Shown: positions 10,776-22,613 of the stretch, piece after piece | Position numbering within the stretch: position 1 is the stretch's first letter | Layout of the letters: each line of letters begins with the position of its first letter | NCBI GenBank assembly: GCA_004431415.1 | Contig: QPMI01000564.1 | Span: forward strand, 208,570-272,569 | Length of the DNA: 64,000 nucleotides | Direction of reading: 5' to 3' | Origin: Cyanophora paradoxa CCMP329 | Taxonomy: Eukaryota > Plantae > Glaucophyta | Made by a program: the position numbers and the translations under genes | The notes under the pieces: model-generated | What the model was told of the DNA's origin: nothing | Database searches by the model: none | Seen by the model: the letters and a program-made list of their open reading frames with translations, nothing else

Positions 10776-13700
10776 TCAGGCCCAGGCCGGGTAGGCGAGT
10801 CTGTAATGAATCAGACCGCGCAGGATTTGGTTGAGCTGCTCGGTGCAGGGGGCGGGAAGGCGAGGCCGCGGAGGGCCATAGAGACGTAGCGGAATGGTGG
10901 GGAGGCGGCCCCTGTTATCCCACATGGCGTCCACTATGGCGTTGTGGACCATTTGCTCGGAGAGGGGCCGGAGGGCGGGCGGGCCTGCGCTCACCGTCTC
11001 AGTGTCGTTCAGTGGCCCGGGAAGTCGTCCTCGGGCTGAGCACCGGCGGCATGTCATCGTACGGCGAGTTGGCGACGGCCGAGGCCTGCGACGGCGGCGG
11101 CGAGCCCGGGGCGGCCGAGCCCTGCGTGGCGAGGGCCGCCGAGCGCGCCGAGGCGAGCGAGGCCTGCGAGGGCGCCGGCTCCAGCTCCATGTCGAAGACG
11201 CCGCCCTCCACGGCGACGGGGACGACGGGTGGCGAGGCCGGGATCGCGCGGGCCTGCTGCGTGGCGGGGACCTGAGCCGAGAAGTTCTCGAGCCGCCACT
11301 CGCGGCAGCCCGGGCACTCACCTGGACGAGGGGCTCGCGGTTGGCGACGGGCGGCGTCGGCAGGGCCTGCGTGGGGGCGTCACTTACAGAAGCCGAAGGC
11401 GCCGGCCTTGTGGGGCGGGGCGTCGGGGTCGCGGGGCGTGCTATAGGCCTCCGAGCCCTCCGATTCAGAGTCACTCACCGGGCTGAGAGGGTGGGGTGAG
11501 AAGAGGCCGAGGCGGGCCTTCTTGGCGGGCAGGAGGTGGGAGCCGTTGAGGGCGCAATCGGCGCGGTGGGCACACCTCTCTCCGTAGGTGGGGCAGAGGG
11601 CCGGGGCCGAGGGCGCCGGAGCCAAGGACGCCGGAGCCAAGGACGCCGGAGCCGAGGACGCCGGGGGCTGGAGGAGGCGGTGAGAGGGGCCGAGGAGGAG
11701 AGGAAGGGGGAAGGGCGCGGGCACCGGCGCCGGGACGAGGCCCTCCTCCAGCAGCCGCATCTGCGCCTCCTTCGCCTTCTCGTCGATGCGGGCCTCGAAC
11801 GTCGCCCAGTTGAAGCCGACGGCGTCCGCCTCCGCCAGCTCGGGGAGGCCGTGCTCGTCGAACGCCAGCGCGGGCCGCCCGCTGAAGCCGAACGGGGCGG
11901 GGGGCGAGAGCGCGTTGTCCCCGACGCCCCAGACGGCGCTGAACGCCGCATCGTCCCAGCGCGCCTCCGCCTCCGCCTGGCCCTCGTCCCTTGCCTCGTC
12001 AATCTCGTCGTAGGGGAGCGACCCGATCTTGATGATGGAGGCCTGGATCAGCACAAACTCGCGCTGGAAGAATTGGACGAGCGGGATGGTAACTGCGGGA
12101 GAGGGGGTGAGCGGGGAGAGCGCGGGGCGCAGGCCAAGGGCGGGGGCGCAGGCCAAGGGCGGGGCGGACGCACATTCGATGCCGTAGGCCACCTCCTTGA
12201 TGTAGCGGCCCCGGCGGCCGATCTCCTTGGCCAGCATGCTGCACTCCTTGCGCGCCGGGTGGCCGTGGCCCCACTCTAGGTTGCAGAAACCTTCTCCGGT
12301 GCAATCTGGTGCAATCTGTGTCGACCTGTGTCGACCTGTGTCCAGCTGTGCCCACCCGTGTCGACCTGTGCCCACCCGTGTCGGCCTGTGCCTACCCGTG
12401 TCCGCCTGTGCCTACCCGTGTCCGCCTGTGCCTACCCGTGTCCGCCTGTGCCTACCCGTGCTCCCTGTGCCTACCCGTGTCGGCCTGTGTTTCGCCGTGC
12501 CACCCTGTGTGTTTGTGCAACCGGTACCGGTACCCTGTGTAAATCGGTAAAAAACTCGATTTTATCGCGTAAGTCGTGCTCGTGGCCGGCGCACCCGCCG
12601 CGCAAAACTTATCTAGATTTATTAATATACATATAGGTTTTATGTAAAACTTATTTATAAATTATACTCCCGTGCAATTTGTGTTTACCCATGCAATTTG
12701 TGTTTACCCATGTTCACCCGTGTTCACCCATGTTCACCCATGCCTACCCATGCGGACCTGTGCCTTCTCGTGCTTCTTGTGCTTTCCCGTGCTTTGCCGT
12801 GCTTTCCCGTGCTTTGCCGTGCTTTCCCGTGCTTTGCCGTGCTTTCCCGTGCTTTGCCGTGCTTTCCCGTGCTTTCCCGTGCTTTCCCGTGCTTTGCCGT
12901 GCTTCTCTGTGCAATTCTGTGTCAAATTTACACAGGAGAAGGTTTCTGCAAGGCACCACTCCATGGCGATCATCGCCTTCGCCAGACGGACGCCCTCGAT
13001 GTGCCACTCGTCCATCAGCGCCTCCAGCTTGGCGCAGATGCGCATCCAGAAGAAGACGCGCTTGAGCTTGTCGCGGTCGAATTCGGCGTCGCCGCTCTTG
13101 CTGCCCCAGTCGCGCAGGTCCGTCTCCTCCGCCTTCTTCACCTTCTCGTACCAGCACTTGATCTTCTCCGCCTGGCGCTGGAACTCGTCCGCCCGCGCCG
13201 TGAGAACGTCCGACTCCTCCTGCGCTCCGAGGGCCCGGGTCAGGGAGGAGAGGCGGGCTAAGCGGGGCGGCGGCGGACCGTGTGCGAGAGCTCGCCGACG
13301 ATCACGGAGATGGCCGCCGAGAGGATCTCACGGGCGCGGGCCGGCCCGTTTGGGTGGCCCTCGCGCAGAACCTCCTCCAGCTTCAGCACGGCCGCCCGCG
13401 CGAGATCGCGGTGGCGCTGGCGGGTCTCGTCGCTCCGGCCCTGATCCACGAGAAGCTGGAGCTGGGGCCGCATGCCGGAGTCGCAGACGCTGGCGTACTT
13501 CCGAAGGGCCGCGCAGGAGAGCACCTTCTGCACGCTGACCAGCCAGTACGCGTAGCCCAGCGGGCTCTCCGCGCTCGGGTTCTCTCCGACCTGCGGACGC
13601 GACCTTAGCGCGCGCAGAAGCAGGGGAAAGGGGAAAGGGCGGGCTCTCGCGCACGTAAATGTCATCGGCGCAGGAGAGGAACATGTGATCAACGACGTCG

Positions 13701-14572
13701 AAGAAGCCGCCGGACGGGAGCGTGCCGACGCCGTGGTACGCGCCTTGGATGGTCTCACCGGCGCAGATGCCGGCCTGGACGGTGACGGTGTACTGCGAGG
13801 CCGGCGGCCCCTCCTTCACGTAGACGAAGTTGAGGTCGTACTTCTTGGCGTACGTCGGGTTGATGCGCTTGGTGACGATGACGTAATCGCACCGAACGCC
13901 GAGGCCGGACGGGCTGGCCTTCTCCTTCTCCGTCACCGACGCCAGGCACTGATCCCGCGCGATCAAGAGCTGCGGCGGCCCGCGCGTGAGCAAGCGCGGG
14001 CACGCGAGCGCAGGGAAGGGCCCTCACCCCGTGGGCGCCGCCGCTGCCGGATTTGAGGTCCGCGAGGAACTCCTTCTGCTCCGGAGTGCCGGAGAAGATC
14101 GCGCGCGGATGGAAATCGCGATGGAGCGCGATGCTGTTGAAGCAGCCCGCCGCCGCATTGTCGGACATCAGCAACAGCGCCACATCGCCGTGCGTGAAGC
14201 CGTACTTCGCCTTCACATACTCCGGCAGCTCGTGAATGCTGTAAGGCACGATCTGCGCGCGGGGCACGCGAGCCGGGGCATGTGAGCCGGGGCCGAAGCG
14301 GTGCGGGCGAAACCGCGAACCTCGTTGAACTTATTAACCGGCGTGAACTGGCCCTTGGTCTTCAAGCGCTTCGGGTGGCCGTCCGTGTTCTGGATCTTCT
14401 TCAGCCCGCCAAACGGCTCGAAGCGCGGCACGCCGGCCGAGTTGAACACGCTATCGTAGGTCATCGCGTTGAGCACCTCCTCCGCCGATAGGCTGCCGAG
14501 ATCGCGGGCTATGCTGTCCTGCTCGCCGGGCTGCTGCTGCTTCGCGCAGGAGCGGAAGGTCGCCGCCTGCAT
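10776..14572 (-). CDS. Large multi-exon hypothetical viral gene interrupted by a MITE; 3' end uncertain
   Basis: Protein-like segments in different frames are joined by GT..CAG introns (e.g. 14253-14320); removing 12281-12951 restores AMEWCLEWGHGHP. Confidence 0.55.
12281..12951. mobile_element. MITE-like element, 671 bp, 21-bp TIRs, GG (or AGG) target duplication, internal tandem repeats
   Basis: ttgcagaaaccttctccggtg vs cacaggagaaggtttctgcaa (20/21 inverted match); excision restores the interrupted reading frame. Confidence 0.88.
12316..12905 (+). repeat. Tandem arrays inside the MITE: 20-bp cctgtgcctacccgtgtccg units and 10-bp tgttcaccca and gcttt(c/g)ccgt units around an AT-rich core
   Basis: Visible directly at 12316-12500, 12672-12750 and 12781-12901. 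Confidence 0.92.
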
Positions 14573-14915
14573 GGTGCGGCAGACGGGTTCAACGAACTAC
14601 GTGCGCAGCTGTTAGTGCCCGCGGGGTTCACAACAACGTCTCAACGGATTCCGTTCACGGTTTATTCCCCCGTTGACTTCTTCCCCCCCTAACTCGCAAA
14701 GACTCAGACTTGAAGCGCGCTTCTCCCCCCCTCCAAATCGCGTACCCCCCCAGGCTGCAACCCCCCGTCGGTTTCTCGCTTTTTCTCTCTGGCGATGCAA
14801 TGCAAGCCGCTCGTTCAAACCAGCTGGAAACTTGGCGCCAAAGCCTTCGCAGCCCGCGCGCAGCACTCGCAGCAGCGGCGGCAGCAGCAGCGGCGGCAGC
14901 AGCAGCGGCGGCAGC

Positions 14916-17545
14916 ATGTCTCGGCTCGCGCTCCCTCCGGAGATCCCGGCTAAGCTGGCGAGGAACACACTGTACGACGTTCTCTGCATCGGCGACAGCT
15001 TCGGCATCGATTGGACGGTCTTCGAGGCCGGCATCAGCGACCAGGCAAAGGAGGCGCAGGCCCGGGCGCTGGAGGACGGCATGCAGTTCAGCCCGAACAG
15101 CAAGGATGTGCTGCGCAAGACCGAGCTGGCCGAGCGCAAGCGCAAGCTGGCCGCGGCGCGGACCTTGAACCTCGAGGGCGCCCCCGGCCCGTCGGTGCAG
15201 TTCTCCATCGACTCCGTCCTGTCGCGGCTGCGGCTCGCGGAGGTGCTCGCTGCCTCTTTCTCTCTGCGCTCGCAGCGGCTGAGGCGCCGCGGCGCATCGC
15301 AGGACGCGGACGTGCGGGCGATGCACGCGGCGCTGAACATGACGGAGGAGAACTTCGACACGCCGAGCAAGCCGAAGCCCGGGCGCGATGCCGACGCCCG
15401 CCGGCTGTTCGCGGCGCAGCGCCTGCGGCTGCTCATGGGCGCCGTGCCCGGCACATCGCCAAGGGCGAGTGGCGCACGATTGGCCTGCTGACGGGCCCGG
15501 AGGAGTTCTACTTCAACCGCATGGCGGAGGCGGCCGGGCACCTGCTCTGGCTGCTGGTGCTCAGCTCGGACCCGGCCTACAAGCCCGAGGTGCGCCCCAG
15601 CCGCCCGTGCAGCCGCGACCGCCCTCCCCGCCGACCCCGCCGGCCCGCAGATGCTGGCGAAGGGCATCATGGGCATCGAGGTGCGCTGCATCAAGCAGAA
15701 CAGCCGCGACTTCATCACGCGCCACGAGAGCTCGGCGGTCTGGGGCGAGCGGCCGGACACCGGCGTCCTCACCGACGCCTACGCCATCCGCATCGTGCTG
15801 GAGGCGGCCTGCCGGACGTGCCGGGACCGCCACGGGCGCCAGGGCATCTGCGCCTTCGACCTGGTTCCGGAGTTCGAGGTGCCCGGCGTCACCATCGGCG
15901 ACCGCGTGCAGGTGCGCCGTTTCTATTTGGATGCTATTTAGATGCTATTTAGACTATTTAGATGCTATTTAGACTATTTAGATGCCATTTAAACCCCCTC
16001 GCAGGTCATCCGGCGGTGCTCGATGCCGGACTCGCACGGGCGCCCCATGATCCACGGCGCCGTGAAGTACGTGGTGCCGCGGCGCACCCTCGCCCTCGCC
16101 TTCTTCGTCCCCGTCTTCGACAAGGCGGCCGCCGCCGCCGCCGCCGCGCCTCCGCCCCGCCCCATGCTCGCGGCCACGGAGTCCTCGGATTCCGGCTCGG
16201 ATTCCGAGGAGGAGCGCGACGCCGAGGCCGCCGCCGCGGCCCGGGCGCTGGACTTCACGGAGGAGGAGCTCGAGCGGGCGCGGAGCCTGCCGCGCGCCGG
16301 CCGGGAGATGACCGCCGTCTTCAAGGCGGCGATCGGCGAGGCGACGGCCTCCGCCTCCGGCGACGGGGCCGGAGTTAGCAAGATCACGGCGGAGGGCCTC
16401 GCGCGCGCCATGCGCGTGGCCCAGGCCCAGGCCAGGCGAAGGGCAAGGGCAAGGGCAAGGTCGCCTACATCAACCTCAAGTTCGAGAAGGAGGACGTGCC
16501 CGCCCCGGCAGCGCGGCGCGATCTCGGCGAGCAGATGGAGGCGGCGGCCCCAAGGCGGCCGGCCCGAGCCGGCCGGTGCGCCCTCCCCACCCAAAATTCT
16601 GAGCCTTGGGCGTTCCGGCACCGCAAAGGAATGACCCTGCCCACAGAGGAGGAGCTGGAGGCCGAGCGCGAGATGGAGGAGGAGGCCGCGCTGGCGGCGG
16701 CGGCGGACGCGAAGGCGGCGCGCGAGCTGGAGGTGGCGGAGGAGTACGCGATGGAGCTGGAGCGCGAGCGCGAGCGCGAGGGCGAGGCCGACGCCGAGCT
16801 GGCGGCGGCGGCGGCGCGGCGGCGGGGACACCTTCGAGCCCGAGCCCCCGTCGACGAGTTCTACCCCCTCCCGCCCTCCCCTCCCTCGAGTACGCCCCGC
16901 CGCCGCCCGTGGAGGAGTTCTCGGACGACGAGCCCAGCGACGCTGGCCCCAGGCCGCCCCTCGTCTCCCCCCGCCGCCGCCCGCCCCCGTGCCCCCGCCA
17001 GCCCCGCCGCCTCTGACGTCTCCTGGCGCCCGAGCGGCAACCCCTCGGCCTTCAGGGACTTCAGCCCGGTGCGCCTCTCGCAGGTCCCGCCGCCGGCCCG
17101 CATGCCCCTCCGCCCCCTCCGGCCCTCCGGCCCTTCCGGCCCCTCCGGCCGCCCGCGCCGCGCCCCGCTCCCGCCGGGCCCAGCAGCGCAAGGAGCGCGA
17201 GCGGCAGGAGCGGCAGCGGCAGCGGCGGGAGGCGGGGCGGAGGAGGACTACGACGAGGGCCTGGAGACGGCAAGCGACGACGAGCCGCCGCGCGCGAACA
17301 AGCTGGAGGTGGCGCGGGCGGAGCTGGCGGCGACGGTCATCCCGGCGCCGGTGATCAACACGCGCCGGTACGAACGAGTGACGACGCACAAGGACGACAA
17401 CATGGCGCGCAAGAAGGCTGCCATCCAGGACTCGCTGCGCGCCTGGATTTCTGCGTCGGTGCGCCCCTTTGCCTGCGCGCCCACCCCCTTAGAAGCCGGA
17501 GGCGGCCGTGGCCCAGCTGCTTAAGGCGCTGGCCGCCTCCGGCCG
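14916..17545 (+). CDS. Multi-exon hypothetical protein upstream of, and possibly fused to, the SF3 helicase
   Basis: Exons joined by introns 15590-15650 and 15912-16004; acidic/Pro-rich linker follows; function not recognised. Confidence 0.45.
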
Positions 17546-17602
17546 GTGCGCCCCCTCCCCTCGATCGAGCCCCGCTAACGCCCTTTTTGCCCGCGCCCGC
17601 AG

Positions 17603-19609
17603 GGAATCGCGCGCCGGCGGCCGATGGCCCCCGGGGAGGACCCCGTCTTCATGCAGAAGCTGCCGGGCTGCTTCGTCTACGAGAAGGTCACCGCGACGCA
17701 GTTCGAGGGCAACGGCACGATGGACGAGGTGATCTCGAAGCTGGCGATGGCCTTTCACGCTGCGTACGGCGACAAGCCCGAGCTCTTCGAGTTCACCTTC
17801 TCCAAGGAGGTGCTCACGGGGGAGATCCGCCGATTCGTGGAGAAGTCTCTCTTGCTCCACGACGTCTGCCCCGAGATGCCCGTCATCCCGGGCCACCCCT
17901 TCGCCTGCGACTCCCGTGCGCCCCGTACACCCCCCCCCCCCACCCGGTACCCCCCTGACGCCCTCCTTTGCGCAGATTTCGTCGTGCGGACGCCGCAGGA
18001 CAAGAACGGCGACGCCTGCGTCCTCATCATGGCGCACGAGGTGGCGGAGAAGCGGTACAAGGGCTACATGAACACCTGCTACATCCAGGGCCGCCTGCCG
18101 GACGGCATCGAGGAGGCGGCGGCGAACGTCGACTTCCCGCGCGTCCTCTCCATGCTCATCGACCACATGCCCAAGTGCGCTCAGCACCTGGCGGACAACG
18201 GCTACGTGACGCCGGACGAGATCGGATACGCGGCGGCCGTCCTCTACGCCTTCAACACCGTCGGGCCGTGGCACTTCTGCGACAAGCCCGTCTTCGACCG
18301 TGCGCCGCGCGCGGAGTTCGAGGCGCCGGCGAGGGCGCCCAGCTGCAGTACTGCGGCGTCATCAAGGGCCAGTCTGGCACCGGTTCGCCCCCTTCCTTTC
18401 CTTTCCTTTTCCCTTTCTCTCTGACGCCGCGGCCGCGCGCGCAGGCAAGTCGACGGTGACGGGGATCATGAACGAGTGCTATGCGCCGGGTCAAATCTGC
18501 GTCTACCGCCCCTCCAGGGGCTCGGCCTTCTCGGAGCACGGCGGTGAGGAGGCGCTCTGCATGATCATGGCGGAGGGCCTTGACCTGAAGGCCTGCACGG
18601 AGGAGGAGCTCAAGATGCGCTCGGGCGACGCCTACGCTCGCAACTTCAAGTTCGCGAAGGGCAGCGACCGGCGCTGCAAGCCCCTGCGCAAGACGCTTGT
18701 GATCGTCTGCAACGGCTTCCCGCAGGTTCGCCCCCTCCCTTTCTTTCCTTTTCCTTTCCTTCCCTTTCTCACCCCTCCCGCGCGCAGCTCGCGAACCGCA
18801 TGCTGGAGTTCTTCTCGCGCATCGTCCTCATCACGCTCGACCACAAGCCGCTCAAGAAGCGCACCCACCTCCAGGCCGACATCCGCGAGAACGAGCTGCC
18901 GGCGCTGAACGTGGTGGCCTACACCTACGCCTGGAAGATCATCCACGCGCTCTCCGACGGCGAGGCGACGTGCATCCAGGCCTTCGAGCCGGTGTGGCTG
19001 CGGGAGAAGCGCCTCGCCTTCTGGCAGGAGACGGCCTCCTGCTCCCTCACCCGCTTCATCATCACCCACTGCGTCGTCGACCCCACCACCTACCTCGTCG
19101 GCTCGGAGACGGAGGGCGGCATGACGAGCGTGGCGGGCATCTGCGAGTACGTCTCGCGCACGGAGGGCCCGGACGCCTCCGCCGCCCTCGCCGCCGACAT
19201 CGAGAACGGCGCGCTGGACGAGACCATCGCCGCCTTCGGCCCAAGTGCGGCCTCTTCTCCTACAAGGCCGGCGGCGTCTGGGAGACCTACATCCGCGGCA
19301 TCGTCCCAAGGCCCCGCTCTCCTTGGCGCGAGCCAGCCGGCCCTGCAGGCCATCCGCTTCACCCTGCCGGCGGACCCGGAGATCGGCCCCTTCCCCGTCA
19401 AGGCCTCGACCAGGGGCAAGGGCAAGCGCGCCCGCAACTCGGCCCCCGGCTTCGTCCCGCCCCCGCCGTTCGCCCCCGCCGCGCCCGCCCAGCAGCCCGC
19501 CGGCCAGCAGCACGCCGGCCAGCAGCGCATCGACGAGATGCTGCCGCGCCAGGTCCGGCCCCGCACCCGCGCCCTCCCCGTACCCCCCTTTCCCCCGCCC
19601 CCCTCCTGA
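17603..19609 (+). CDS. Superfamily 3 helicase, multi-exon; ends approximate
   Basis: Splicing out 18383-18444 creates Walker A GQSGTGKST; CMIMAE (Walker B-like), LVIVCN (motif C), FFSRI (Arg finger); further introns 17916-17975 and 18726-18787. Confidence 0.8.
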
Positions 19610-20287
19610 CCCTCGGGCCAGGGCGAGGGCGCCTCCCCCGCGGGCAGCTTCCGCAGCAGCCCCGTGGACGGCGGCGCCGGCCCCAGCGGCTACGGCAGCT
19701 CGGGCTCGCGCTCGGCCTCGGGCTCGCGCGCGCGCTCGGCCTCGGCCGCCCCCTCCAGCAGCGCCGGCCCCAGCCCCGTCCCTTCTCCCTCGCCGACCGC
19801 AGCCCCGTCCCGCCGCCTTCGCCGCGCCCGTCCCCGGCCCGGCGCCGTCCTCTCCGCGATCCAGGGCTTCGGGGCCCAGCAGGAGGCCGAGCGGCAGGCG
19901 CTGGCGGCGCGCCAGGCGCGCGAGGCGGAGGAGCGGCGCCAGGGCCTCTGGGCCCAGCGCCTCCAGCGCACCCTCGCCTTCCGCGCCGAGCTGGAGGCGG
20001 GCTTCCGCGCCGGCCAGATCTCCGGCGCGGAGGCCTCGGAGCGCTGGCGGGCGTTCGAGGCGGAGACGGCGGGGCTGTCGAAGGGCCTCGGCTACAGCTA
20101 CCGGCGCGTGCCCGTGCCCAAGGACTACGCGTCGGCCGCGGCGCTGGAGGCCTCGCGGGCGGAGATCGACGCGGCGGAGATGCAGGCGGAGCGCGAGGAG
20201 GCCGAGGACAACGCGCGCTTCCGGCACCTCCACCACTGAGGCCTCGAGGCGGTATTTTTTCTCAACCCCTTCCAATTCGGTCCCGCG

Positions 20288-20479
20288 ATGGCCTTCGCTG
20301 ACAGCTACCCACAGCACTACACCCTTGGAGCCCTCGCCGCGACCCTCACCTGGCTCCTCGGCGGCACCCCCACCGCCTCGGCCGTCATAGGCGTGGGGTT
20401 CGGGTACGCCGCCAAGAGCCTCTACGCGCCCGGCTCCTACTCGATGGCGACGGCCGGCATGCGCCCCGCCGGGCGTTAA
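20288..20479 (+). CDS. Small putative membrane protein
   Basis: Hydrophobic 63-aa ORF downstream of the ATTTTTTCT motif. Confidence 0.5.
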   Translation: MAFADSYPQHYTLGALAATLTWLLGGTPTASAVIGVGFGYAAKSLYAPGSYSMATAGMRPAGR

Positions 20480-20586
20480 CTCTCCCTTTTCAAAGTTCCA
20501 TTCCCCCCTTTCCCTTTTCAAAGTTGCGACGTCCTTTTGAGTCCGTTGGCATTTAAATTTTCTTCATCGTCTGTACACGTCTAAAC

Positions 20587-21078
20587 ATGCCCAACGCCGT
20601 AGAGAAGCTGTTGTGTACGGTGTTCAAATCGGACTCGCGCTGCAGCAAGATCGGCGAGGCTGCCAAGGGCGGGGGCGGGGCGAAGGCCGGCGGCGGGGCG
20701 GAGGGGCCTAGGATCAAGGCGGCGGACCCGGCGCCGCCCGCGCTGAAGTCGATTAGGGCGGCGGGCAAGGGAAGGGGCATCGGGGCGCTGTCCCTCGTGG
20801 CGATCGCCCCGGGCCAGCGCGAGGCGGCGCACGGGGCGACGGCGGCGCTGGTCTCGCAGAGGCAGGCGGAGGCCTACCCGCGCCTGGGCGAGGGCCTGCA
20901 CCCGCCCGGCGGCCGCGCGTACGACGTGAGCGCCTACTTCGACAACGCCAACGGGCTGAGCCGCCAGGAGATCTGGGCCTGGGAGGCGCGGCGCGCGGTC
21001 GACGGGCACCTGCCGTTGCTCGTGGCGCTCGGCGGCTCGCTCCTCATGGTCTGGTACCTGCGCGGCCTCGCCATTTAG
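20587..21078 (+). CDS. Hypothetical protein with C-terminal transmembrane helix
   Basis: LPLLVALGGSLLMVWYL; part of a tightly packed plus-strand run. Confidence 0.55.
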   Translation: MPNAVEKLLCTVFKSDSRCSKIGEAAKGGGGAKAGGGAEGPRIKAADPAPPALKSIRAAGKGRGIGALSLVAIAPGQREAAHGATAALVSQRQAEAYPRLGEGLHPPGGRAYDVSAYFDNANGLSRQEIWAWEARRAVDGHLPLLVALGGSLLMVWYLRGLAI

Positions 21079-21104
21079 ATAGATTTTCGAAGCGCTAGCT
21101 AAAG

Positions 21105-21506
21105 ATGGGCTGGGTGGACGCCGTGCTCACCAAGGTCTTCGGCCCGAAGAGCGCGCAGCCGCCGCCGAGCTTCAACCTGGCCGCGGCGATCAGCACGACG
21201 ATCGAGCGCAAGAACAACGAGCTCATCCTCAAGAACGACGGCAAGCTTCCCTGGGCCGATGTGGCCGCGGGAGCGCTGGGCAGCACGCTGACGGGAATTG
21301 ATCGGACGGGCGCCGCGGGCGTGAAGGTCGGGCAGGCGGTTGCGGCCGTGCCGGAGCTTGCGATGAAGGGCTGGCACTACGCCAAGATCGCCGCCGGCGT
21401 CGCCGCGGTGCTCCTTGCGATCTGGCTCGCGTGGCAGCTGCGCAGCGCCTACCAGGGCGCGCGGCTTCAGAGCGCGCAGCTCGACTATTTTCTAAAGGCT
21501 AGGTAA
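21105..21506 (+). CDS. Hypothetical membrane protein
   Basis: IAAGVAAVLLAIWLAW; ATTTTCG motif upstream. Confidence 0.6.
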   Translation: MGWVDAVLTKVFGPKSAQPPPSFNLAAAISTTIERKNNELILKNDGKLPWADVAAGALGSTLTGIDRTGAAGVKVGQAVAAVPELAMKGWHYAKIAAGVAAVLLAIWLAWQLRSAYQGARLQSAQLDYFLKAR

Positions 21507-21518
21507 AGCGAGCGAACC

Positions 21519-21923
21519 ATGCCCCGCGGCGGCTCTTCCCCCCGTGTCTCCTTCGCTGAGAACGAAGTCGCCGCTACCCCCCTGGAACCCGGCGTCAAGC
21601 TGGAGCGCGCGAACGCAGTCTCCATCAAGAAGGCGAAGCGCGCGCTTGCTCTAGAAGTCCCCAAGACCGCCTCGCAGTTCATTCCCACTTCCATTTACGA
21701 CGAGGCAGAAGATACGGAGAAGGTCGCATTCAACAAGCGCAAGACGTACAAGGCGATACGCGAGGGCCAGCTGCTGCCCACCGACGCTGTGCCCGGGCTG
21801 CCGGGCACTACTGCCGGCGAGCTGCTCGTGCGCAACCTGCGCCTGCAGTACGTCTCCCGCCTCCGCCGCTCCAAGGCCAAGAAGGCGCGCCTGGACTCGG
21901 GCGATAGCAGCTCTAGCTCGTAG
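21519..21923 (+). CDS. Hypothetical basic protein
   Basis: ATTTTCT motif upstream; protein-like composition. Confidence 0.55.
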   Translation: MPRGGSSPRVSFAENEVAATPLEPGVKLERANAVSIKKAKRALALEVPKTASQFIPTSIYDEAEDTEKVAFNKRKTYKAIREGQLLPTDAVPGLPGTTAGELLVRNLRLQYVSRLRRSKAKKARLDSGDSSSSS

Positions 21924-21950
21924 GGCTCTGTACTCTTGTATTCAATGCCG

Positions 21951-22235
21951 TTACCAGTTCCTGTTCCTATCCCAGAGCACGACTCGGGTAAAGGGCACGG
22001 TCATAGCGAACATGAACTCGGCAAACTTGGCGAAGTTCATGAGGGTCCCCAGGCGTGGGTCCTCCCAGTAGATAGCTTCGCGCAGGGACTCGTAGATGCG
22101 CATGAGGGAGCGCTCGTTCTCGGTCGCGAAGGCGTCGGACGGCTCGTCGGGATCCGGATCCGAGAGCTCCGAGTACTCGTCCGAGCTGCCAGCGCTCTCA
22201 ACTCCTGCGGCCGGGTCGGGCGAGGGGTCAGCCAT
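21951..22235 (-). CDS. Hypothetical acidic protein
   Basis: Packed minus-strand ORF with TTTTCT motif upstream. Confidence 0.55.
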   Translation of the reverse strand: MADPSPDPAAGVESAGSSDEYSELSDPDPDEPSDAFATENERSLMRIYESLREAIYWEDPRLGTLMNFAKFAEFMFAMTVPFTRVVLWDRNRNW

Positions 22236-22261
22236 TCTTTGCTGGTAGAAGGGCTAGAAAA

Positions 22262-22603
22262 TCACGGGCGCCGGTACTCCATCGAGTCGCCGCGCCAGTA
22301 CTTGTTGCCGGAGGCGAGCAGCTTCATCGGCTCGCCCGTCGAATCGTGCTTCCAGGCCGCGCCGTCCCAGAGGGCCGTGCCGCCGTCCTCCAGCTTGAGG
22401 CGATGGCCCGGCTCGAGCGCGTCGCCGTTGAGCATGCGGCCGGCCATGAGCGCCAGGTCCCACTCGGTGAGGCCGCGCTGCTCTTCGGCGGTGAGGCCGC
22501 GCTCGACGCGCTCGGGCTGGCGCGCCTCGCGCTCCATGCGGCTGAGGCCCACTAGAAAGAAGATGGGCAGCGCAAAGGCCATGAGATCTAGCAGGGCCTC
22601 CAT
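22262..22603 (-). CDS. Hypothetical protein with N-terminal hydrophobic segment
   Basis: Packed minus-strand ORF with TTTTCT motif upstream. Confidence 0.55.
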   Translation of the reverse strand: MEALLDLMAFALPIFFLVGLSRMEREARQPERVERGLTAEEQRGLTEWDLALMAGRMLNGDALEPGHRLKLEDGGTALWDGAAWKHDSTGEPMKLLASGNKYWRGDSMEYRRP

Positions 22604-22613
22604 TGGGCAAGAC

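Noticed and set aside
12281-12951. The MITE as a spliceable intron
   Set aside because: Its ends on the coding strand give no GT/GC-AG pair that preserves the frame
14916-16200. AEP primase call for the gene upstream of the helicase
   Set aside because: Context is suggestive, but I could not identify convincing DxD/H catalytic motifs
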